Positions 50,752-60,000 of a stretch of DNA of 60,000 nt are shown here, piece after piece (position 1 is the stretch's first letter; each line of letters starts with the position of its first letter). The notes under the pieces were generated by a model. That model did no database searches and had not been told where the DNA came from. It was given only the letters and a program-made list of their open reading frames with translations. A program made the position numbers and the translations under genes. This DNA is from Squalus acanthias (Eukaryota), in the NCBI GenBank assembly GCA_030390025.1, contig CM059431.1, positions 113,896,001 through 113,956,000 of the forward strand, written 5' to 3'.

Positions 50752-51537
50752 GGGGGCAAAATTCCCAATGTTAGAGCCTCCGGTGGGAGGCGCCATTGGG
50801 GGCGCAAATGGCTTTTCGCCCCCCCGAGGTGCGCGTCCCGTGAAATTCCGCGGGAGGTTAGCGGCAGCGCTACTGGGTATCGCCCCGATCTTCTGCACCT
50901 GGAGATCACGACGTCATCTCTGGGCACAGCGCCCCGGTAGCGCCTCGGGAGAAAAATTCCCCCTCACGCCCCGCAGCAGCGCCGGGCGATGTTACTGACT
51001 GCTGCAGGGGTCGCGAACAGTGAGGCCGGCCGCTCGCGGGGCGCCATTTAAAGGCGCACTGGCCGGCCGACATGAAAAAAGTCACCGATTTTTAAAAAAA
51101 AATTCTGAGCACCGGACGCAGACTCAGAGTACCAAGCTGACCGATCGCGGCACTCAGTAACATCACCCGGCGTTGCTGCAAGGCGCGAGGCGGATCGCAC
51201 GGCACTCCCGCACCCCGGTGCTCCAGTAGATGCCAAATAAAATGCAGAGCTCGCAGCGGGGAGCCCTTCCCTTTAATTGAGGGAAGAGCCCCTGCTACAC
51301 GGCAGCGCCACACGTAGCCACATGTGGCGCTGCTGAGCACATCGCCTCGGATCGGGACATTCCCCGCCTCCTGCGCTCCAAGAGGCAAATAGAGCGCTTG
51401 ATTTAGCTCTCCACTTCCCTCTTGGAGCAAAAAAATGGGAATTTCTCAAACGTTTGAAAAGATTAGCACCTGGCACTAACTTTTCAAACATTTTTGACTT
51501 AGCGCCCCAAATGGCCCTCTAGGGGAATTTCTCCCCC
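50752..51537. mobile_element. GC-rich Harbinger-type MITE
   Basis: TIRs GGGGGCAAAATTCCC / GGGAATTTCTCCCCC; TTT TSD; related to 5335 and 19057. Confidence 0.88.
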
Positions 51538-53924
51538 TTTATCTGCTCGTTATCTCATTGCTGTCTGTTGGATCTTGCTGTGCACAAATTAGCTGCCATG
51601 TTTCCTATATTACAACAGTGACGACACTTCAAAAATACTTCATCGGCTGTAAAGTGCTTTTGGATACCCTGAGGTCATGAAAGGCGTTATGTAAATGCAA
51701 GTCTTTCTTTCTCTCTTTCACACACCCAGACACGATGCAATCCAATACACCAATTACTTTAATCAGAGCTAACAACTCCATGTCAGCCTGTTTAACATGT
51801 TGCTTCCATTTGTAAGCTACAGAAGTATATATTTTCCACCACTTAACTTTAAACAGACTATCTGGTGCATATTTTTTTTAATGCTAACTGTCTCAGTGTA
51901 ACTAGAGAGCTGCAAATGTTTCTTCTCTTATGTTTTCCCCTGGACATGACAACCAGCTGTAACCACTTTTAGTTTGGTGCAAGAATGTAACCTGGCCTCA
52001 CAGGTGGAAATGAGATAGCACTTCGTATCGTTCAAAGCTGTTAAAACCAAGCTAATACAAGATTTTCTTCTTTATTTAGACCTTATCACAAAGTTCTGTG
52101 TGCTTGAATCAATAAATAATATTTTAAACAGGACAATTGTCCGACTGAAGAACTAAGCCAACATATTTCTATTCTTTATGAGGTGAAAGTGACATTTCGA
52201 GGAAACCTATTTCATCCTTTAAAATGGCTGAGACATATCATTTGTTTAAAAAAAAATTTAAATCTGTGTTTGCTGAAAAATGAAAAGAGATGTTTGGTCT
52301 TTAAAAGGAATGGCAAACTGTTTAGACTGCTATTGATTCTGACAAGAAGACTAGTCAAATTTTTTTTTAAATCTTGCATAACATTAGTCCAGTTCCCACA
52401 CAGAAGTACTTCTAAAAGGTAGCGTGTAGCGTGAGATGTGATAAAATCTGACACGTACTTGTCAAATCCTGATCTGTCTATCCCTTTGACAGCAGATCGA
52501 CTGGCCTGCTCTATCCAAAGAATGTATTTTATTGAAACTGATGAACCTCTCTGAGAAAGGAATCAGAACACGTCAGAATTGTTGGCCTGTCACAAATGGA
52601 GTATTTTTGATCATACAACCCTTTATTCAGCTTTCACACCACATTATGTCCAATCAATATCGGCTAGTATCTTGGTTCCCCAGTCAGAACCACATCTCAG
52701 GATGAAGTCGGGAGACCTGCTAATTGAAGAGAAGATAGAGAGCCAGGTAGCAGTGCCCTCAGGCCATGGTAGAATTTGACTGTGCCTCTTTTCATGCTGC
52801 ACTAGAAATGCTGGAAATAAAATCTGGAGAATTGACAGGCATAGAGGACAGCAATCAATTCCTGTCACTTGCCACCAATGTTCATTGTGGTACTGATGCG
52901 ATGTAAGATGCTCACCTTTTATGAGTTTAGAAAACTTTAATCTTCTAACTAGGCACAGTACTCATAAATGCTTGATTTTTGGACATCAAAACCATTTAAG
53001 CTTCGAAGCCTTCTACCATGGGTTTCAGTGCTCCAGATTCAGGAAACCCCCTGCAGAATATACACGCCCCTTAATCTGTCTTTATAACTGTAACCGCCAG
53101 TGCAGTATCTATAACAGTGAAGCAAATCGGCAACAATGATTAAGGTGCCCACTCACATCTCTGTGAAGTACGGGACTGACAGAGGTCCATGCTTCCGCAC
53201 TCAAACATTCGTATGAAGTGCTGCCACCCACCGCCCGAGTTGGGTCACTTTTCCGCCAATTTACAAGAGCCGGTGGGAGAGTCAGCTCTTTTCAATCCAA
53301 AGTAACGGAACGGGTGCACCGTTGGCAAAAGTGCAGCATAAAGATAGCGTAGCTCTATGCGAAGGCTGAAGTGGGTCGAATGACTTCATGTCATTTTTAA
53401 TATCTGTCACATTACAATTTCAACAAACTAAACCAGTTTAGTCCATCGGGTTATCAATTGTCTTTGCCTTTCCATCCACAAAGAAATAATCTCAATAATC
53501 TTTCAGGTTTATTTTTTATACAAAGAATCAATAACCCTTTTCTGAATGGTCTCAATTTCATCTCATGTTGATAAAATGTATGAAGAACTAAAGGTGGCAG
53601 GTGTATCTCTTGGCTGATGGAGAACTCAGATAGAATTATATAAGCTGCAAAAATGATAGGAACTTATGACATAATTTATTTTCCTCCAGTTCACAGGTTT
53701 GTTTGAATCTTATCAATGTGACAATGTCATTGAATGAGGTGTTTAGGCCATGTCATTGGATAACATTAGATTCCATTCCACCTCTAGGAAACAGTAGCCA
53801 AATTATAATTTTTGTTTATAAAAGGAAGGGGAATTTTGCAGTTTTTCTGTAATATACATAAAACATTAACCAGGAACTCTCACTTTGAATCCATTTCCTC
53901 AGTTAGCACAGCACACTTGCAACT

Positions 53925-54720
53925 TTGCCACTTGTGGAGATGGGAGCAGAAAGTTATAAAGGGACATAGACAGATAGAGTGAGTGGGAAAAACTGTGGAA
54001 GATGGAGTTCAGTGTGGGGAAGTGTGAGGTCATCCACTTTGGATCCAAGAACGGCAAACTGGAATATTTTCTTAATGGCGAGAGACTAGGAGTTGTGGCG
54101 AAGCAAAGGGATTTGAGTGCCCATGTACACAAATCGCTAAAAGCTAGTGCATAGGTACAAAAGGTAATCGAGACTTGGTCAGACCCCACCTGGAGTACTG
54201 CATTCAGTATTGGGCACCGCACCTCAGGAAGGATATATTGGCCTTTGAGAGGGTACAGCGCAGATTCACCAGAATGATACCGGGGCTTAAAAGGTTAAAT
54301 TATGAGGACATGTTGCTGTATTCCCTTGAGTTTAGAAGGTTGAGAGGTGATCAACCATGAAGTATTTAAAATGATAAAGGGATTCGATAGGGTAGATACA
54401 GAGAAATTACTTCCTCTGGTGGCAGAATCCAGAACAAGGGGGAAAATCTTAAAATTAAGGCTAGGCCATTCAGGAGTGAAATCAAGGAGCACTTTTTCCA
54501 CACAAAAGGTAATGGAAAACTAGAGTTCTCTCCCCAAAATGCTGTGGATATTAGGTCAATTGAAAATTTTGAAGATTGAGATCGACAGATTTTTATTAGG
54601 TAAGGGCATCAAGGGTATTGATCAAAGGTAGGTAAATGGAGTTGAGGTACTGATCAGCCATGATCTAATAGAATGGCGGAACAGGCTCAAGGGGCTGAAT
54701 GGCCTACCCCTGTTCCTACG
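53925..54720 (+). mobile_element. CR1 LINE 3' fragment with internal deletions
   Basis: [36 protein letters not shown]; tail. Confidence 0.93.
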
Positions 54721-56746
54721 TTGTCTGCTATGAATCGCTCAGCTGATATTCCATATTTAGATTTCAGTACAGAATCGATAGAGAGTTCGGAAAACGTGCC
54801 ACTGACACTTTGATCATGCAAATCCCTACAGGGCTACTTGAGGCATTTGTACAATTGTTCCTGCAACAGGATTTCCCACAAAAGCCTATCAGAATGGCAT
54901 CAGGTCGGACACCAGGAAACATTTACATGGGGATCTCAGTTAAACACTCCCTCTACTTCTCCAACACACACACACATGCAAAGAAAGACACAGAAAGCAT
55001 GTCTCTGCCTCAACATTGTACCAATTTCTTCCCATCTTTACAGTGCGTTTCTTATTGGTGATTTGGAATGGGAACCTTGGCTGATTTCCCTTCTCCCTGC
55101 CTCAGGGGACAAAGGTACCTTCCTCACCTGTTTCTCATAGATCCACGCTGGATAAACTTATGGAGCCATCAGGAGGGCCTCAACAACATTCTTAAGCACT
55201 TCATGTAACATTTATTTCTACTTTGGATTTGAAATTAAATACTATCCTACACACTCTTAACACGTTTGTCTGAAATCCGCCTCTCCACTAATCTACTGGA
55301 GGTGTTAACCTGTTTAAAATAAATTGGTTAACGCCTCCACAAAAATAGCAGAGAGGAATTTCAGATGAATGTATTACGCGATTGAACACTGGTATGTCAC
55401 GGTGTAATTTCAAGCCTTCACTTAGCCATCAGTGAGATTGGTCAAAGAAAAATAAATCTCTGCAAACCTAGGCATTCAAAATGAAAATATGCTCCTATTT
55501 GCTTTGAGACGATTGTTTAAGGTGCCTTAAAGGAAAGGCACATAATCCGTCAAGCATATTATCATGATTTTACTCAAAATTATGATTTGTTGACTTTGCA
55601 AGACTGAAAACTTTTAAAACATATTTATCTGCCTCCCATTTATTTTTGATACGATCTCCAGTACTTGCTGTTTGTACTTTTCCAAAGATAAATATACAAC
55701 GTGCAATTAGAGAAAGAAGTAGAACATTTCTAAAATTGGGAGTTCAACCAACAATCCCTTTTTTAAAGAATTATAATTGATAAAAACCATGATTAGCTTC
55801 AGCATACTGTCTTAAGTATATCTGTTGAATTTTTAAAAAATTATTTTGAGTACTAATGACATTGTAGGGAATTTCAATTTCCACTGAGTCTGGCTATCCG
55901 ATGGAGAAGAATTCGTACCTCCAATTGAAGCAACCTAGATTAATAGCAGTATCTGCTGATGAGAATTCAGTGCTCTCATACTGTCAGGCTCAGTAAATTT
56001 TCATAGACAGTTTCTTGATGATATTACCAGTGCAGTTTAAACAAAAATGTTCCCTTCACCCTACCCCGTCTCAAAAAATCCACGGAAATAGAGAGAGAAA
56101 AGTTTTAAAAATAGAAAAACGAATTATAATTCGTTTCTCAGCTATTTAATATTTAAAATGGGCCACCGGTGATAAGATTTCCTCTTTAATCCATAATGTT
56201 GGAATGAAAAAAGTACAATGGTGTTATTTTATAAATCGCAAGAGTAGAAGTGATATCATGGTACTCAGAGTTACACTGCCATGTGTTCCAATGAAGTGAT
56301 CGATATTTTCAAGCGAGGACATTCATTTCCAACATTTTTCTTCTGTTTTATACTCATGGGACAAAATGCTGTGTAATTTAAGAGATATATCTAAATCTAT
56401 AAATGTATATGTATCATTGAATGTAATATGTACATTGTTGGTATAAAGTACTCTTTCTGCTGTTTCCATAGAAAAGAGTGAAGGATATTTTACAAATTTA
56501 TTATACGCAACAGAAATAATTACTCAGGGACCATTCATAATTTTCCTCATCTTGACAACAGTATAGAGTTTGCAAAGGGGCACTACTGCTCTATTTACAC
56601 TTTGTTTCATGAGTATTTGAAATCAATTATTATAGCTTCTCACAATAGGTTTTCATGAAAAAGGATGAAAATGATAATTGGCCCCATATATATATTTTTT
56701 TTTCTTTTTGTTTGTTTCCTGCTCTCCCTATCACATTACATGTTAC

Positions 56747-58375
56747 TGTAAAGTTTCGCAATTATCGCGATTCGAAATAACATAAGAGAGGCAGATTCGT
56801 TTGATCAGTTTTATTAAACGAAATGCTGTCCTGATAATAAAGGACACAGAAGCCTGTAAAATGGCTGCCGCGCATCGTGGCAGAAGCTTCCAGAAATACA
56901 GTGGGCAGACAAGATGGCGTCGAATAAACATTCAATATAAGATTGGATCATACTCGATAAACACTGATAATGACAGGATGCAACCCGTTTGCATTTGAAA
57001 CAATAGCAAAGATATAAGTGCTGGAATCGTTTTCCTATGCACAGTAAGGACCATTGTACTGGGCAATCGAAGGCCCATCCAGACACATCAATACACAAAT
57101 ACCCCCACGGCTCTACAATGAGAGAGACATCGACGGGTGATTAAGCAAGTATTCGGGGGCCCCCAAAACCAGTCAGGGAGACGATTCATACAATCCTGGC
57201 TGGGTCAACAATGGGGAAAACATTAACGGGTAGTTGGCCAGTTTCAGGTGCTACCGAAACCCGTTAAAGAGAAGAATCGCCCCATGCTGGGAGTTTTGAG
57301 CGCCAATATTACACAAAGGACAAACATTAAGATTTGAGCGGGAGATAAGGGAACACAGCACTATAACTATAGTGAACAAATGTCCATCGGTCTCTTATCT
57401 CTGCTGACTCTTTTTGACTCGCTCGATCGCTAGCTGAAGCTCTTCTTTAGGGCTGGACTCTGTTGACTCTTGACTTGTAGCGGTACTGGTCGGTTATTCG
57501 AATGTTGGGTGGAGCTCAATCGGGACGAGCCGCCCCGACAAGGGCAAGTGACCGGGTGCACCATCCCGAGTGTCAGTAAACGGTGTCTGGACCCGGAGGC
57601 CCGAAGAGACGAGACGAGACGACAAGAAAAGAAGAATTCACGTGCCGCCACGGTCAGTAATCCCCGACCGCGCCCGAAAATATAATAAAGAACTCTTCAT
57701 TGAAATCTCCCGACAACCAGTGTCGGGAACAGGAAGACTCTTCTTTGAATTTTACAACTGTGTCCGAGTTCTACCGAGTTCTTCATGACAACAGGGAGTC
57801 TGGCCTGCTTGTCGCAGCAGCGAAGATAAACAAGTGGGGTACAGAGACCCTTCCAAACACGTGACAGTCAGGCGCTGCAGCGAAACGAGCCGAGTGCCTC
57901 ACTTTAAAATTCTCCGAAGTATCACGAGTGGTGAGCATGTTTTCCCGATCCTACAAATCTAGATGTAGTGTAGGTATTGTTAAGGGAGGGTGGTTATTAA
58001 GGTTAAAGTATAATGTGTTCCGCTTTTTACGATGTGCCGTGCGTTCTTCATTTCCATAGACCAAGCTTTATGAATGTATGTATACTTGTACTCTCGTTAA
58101 TTTGCGCCTATGACATGTACTTCATGATCTTGGACGCTATGCAATAAAGATTTCCATTTCGTACTATTCAACCGGGTCTATTTGAGTTTTTCTCTGCATT
58201 ACTGCTCCTGCACCTAAGTCCAGTGTTAGAACCGTAAGGGCGAGTGGGTCGAACCACTCACAGGTGCTTATTGCAATAAGGCTGGCCGGAGACCAGAGCA
58301 AGCAATAGTATTAGGCAACGAAGGCCTAACCTCGCACCAGCACCGTCTGAGAGACACAGGCACGAAACCCTTACA
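56747..58375 (+). mobile_element. Solo LTR (1629 bp) of an LTR retrotransposon or endogenous retrovirus
   Basis: TGTAAAGTTTCG...CGAAACCCTTACA termini; TTAC TSD at 56743-56746 and 58376-58379; TATA-like motif at 57362; AATAAA at 58143; CpG-rich. Confidence 0.85.
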
Positions 58376-58659
58376 TTACGCAGCCAAGAAGCCAGGCAGC
58401 TGACCCCCTTACTGGGTCACCACCAATGCTACTCTCAGCCGGAAACTCAGGGACATGCAAAAGTGGCCCAGGGATGTGTTTTTTGCATCTTCCCTATGGG
58501 GAGGTTCTGGTCCTCATTCTGCCACCTCCCATAACAGTGCAGCTGGGACTTGGAACTCAACAACAAGGCTGATTGAACAGCATACAATTAATCAGGTTGG
58601 CTTCTTGTGTGAGCCTCCAACTGGATTTGTGGTTCCTGCTTCTGAGGTATGGCTCAAGT

Positions 58660-59240
58660 AGAATTATAGAATAGAATCATAGAATCTTACAGCGCAGAAG
58701 GAGGCCATTCAGCCCATCATGCCTATGCCGGCTCTTTGAAAGAGCTGTCCAATTAGTCCCACCCCCTCCCCCTGCTCTTTCCCCATAACCCTGAAAATGA
58801 GTCCACTTCAAGAACATGTCCAATTGCTTTTTAAAAGGTCCTATGGAATCTGATTCCACCGCTCTTTCAGGTAGTGAATTTCTGATCTTAACAAACCTCT
58901 GTGTGAAGAAATGTCTCCTCATTTCCCCTCTAGTTCTTTTGCCAATTATTTTAAATCTATGACCTCTCTTTACTGACCCACTTGCCAGAGGAAATAGTTT
59001 CTCCCTACTTGCTCTATCAAAACCCCTTATAATTTTGAATACCTCTATTAGGTCTCCCCTTAACCTTCGCTGTTTGCTGCTATAATGAGAACAATCCCAG
59101 CTTCTCCAATCTCTCCACATAACTGAACTCCCTAATCCCTGGTATCATCCTAGTAAACCTCCTTTGTACCCTCTCCAGGGCCTTGACATGTACAGTGTGG
59201 TGCCCAGAATTGCACACAATACTTCAGCTGAGGCCTAACC
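58660..59240 (-). mobile_element. CR1 LINE 3' fragment
   Basis: RRLRGDLIEVFKIIRGFDR...FFTQRFVKIRNSLP plus (ATAGAATC)n tail. Confidence 0.92.
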
Positions 59241-59907
59241 ATAATAGCTATAATTTATTAATTATAAAGGTATGTATCACAAACGTTCTTAAACAATCAT
59301 AATGTTGCAGGCACCAGCAGATTACAAAGTCTTTTTGCAGGCGTGGAAAAAGGTCAGCAATATTCTGATGATTCCATGGGCTTGCTGCATTATCTTTACA
59401 AAGTTCTTACAAAACATGACTCATGGTTGGGAGATAAGTAATTTGTTTTTTTTTACTCCACTGCAGTGAATGAATGTATTCCTAGACAGAGAAATAAATG
59501 CTGACCTTTTCATCTCATACCGGAGATAACTGTTCCTTTCGGGGCATAGAGTGATGCTAATCCTTGCAACGTTGCATACAAAATAAACCCTTTTGAAAAA
59601 GCATTACATTTACGACACTGCATTCTAGTGGGAAGAATGACTGGGGTCACTATGTGTAGAGAAATCACAAACAGTTTTTTGAATGCAGTTATGATGTTGT
59701 GCCACATCATGACCAGAGGAATGCTTCCTGGTTGCTATGAAGTTGTGGATGATTTCAATGGATTACTGAAGTGAGTTTAAAAAATACACACCCACTGCCT
59801 TTCACATATACTTTGATGAAATATTACAATAATATGAAATATTATTGGTGCAGAATCAAGTTTTTGTTTTGTCCTTAAAATAAGTTTGTTTTGCACTTTT
59901 TTGTCTC

Positions 59908-60000
59908 CTCTAATTCTGCCCTCTTGAACATCCCTGATTATAATCGCTCAACCATTGGTGGCTATGCCTTCAGCTGCCTGGGCCCTAAGCTCTGGAATTC
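59908..60000 (+). mobile_element. L2 LINE fragment running off the window
   Basis: Matches 20938-21030. Confidence 0.85.

Larger units (their letters stand above)
49817..51712 (+). mobile_element. L2-tailed SINE split into three pieces by two MITEs
   Basis: Pieces 49817-49858, 50605-50751 and 51538-51712 rejoin into a contiguous SINE. Confidence 0.87.

Noticed and set aside
52537..52565. Stand-alone hammerhead (CTGATGA followed by a weak stem)
   Set aside because: No correctly placed GAAA or stem III.
56117..56136. Perfect 20-bp palindrome AAACGAATTATAATTCGTTT
   Set aside because: AT-rich and isolated; plausible by chance or local template switching.

Overview
Vertebrate, almost certainly chondrichthyan (shark-like), non-coding DNA. 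No intact cellular protein-coding gene is recognisable. Roughly half the window is transposon debris: CR1 (HER1-like), L2 and Crack-like LINE 3' fragments; L2-tailed (SacSINE/Deu-like), AmnSINE2-like and LF-SINE-like SINEs; and two Penelope families carrying minimal hammerhead ribozymes, including fold-back mini-insertions. It also holds a decayed two-gene PIF/Harbinger transposon (DDE transposase plus an intron-containing Myb/SANT gene), about ten GC-rich Harbinger-type MITEs with 3-bp TSDs, and a 1.63-kb solo LTR. TE-free AT-rich blocks between them are rich in homeodomain/PBX-HOX motifs and resemble conserved non-coding elements. The most notable signals are a shared inward-facing promoter/splice-donor/palindrome architecture across dissimilar MITEs, Penelope hammerhead hairpins, an unusually long solo LTR with a possible cryptic ORF, and a CR1 with two structurally conserved 3' tails. 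Family names come from recalled consensus sequences, not database searches. Boundaries without a TSD are approximate.
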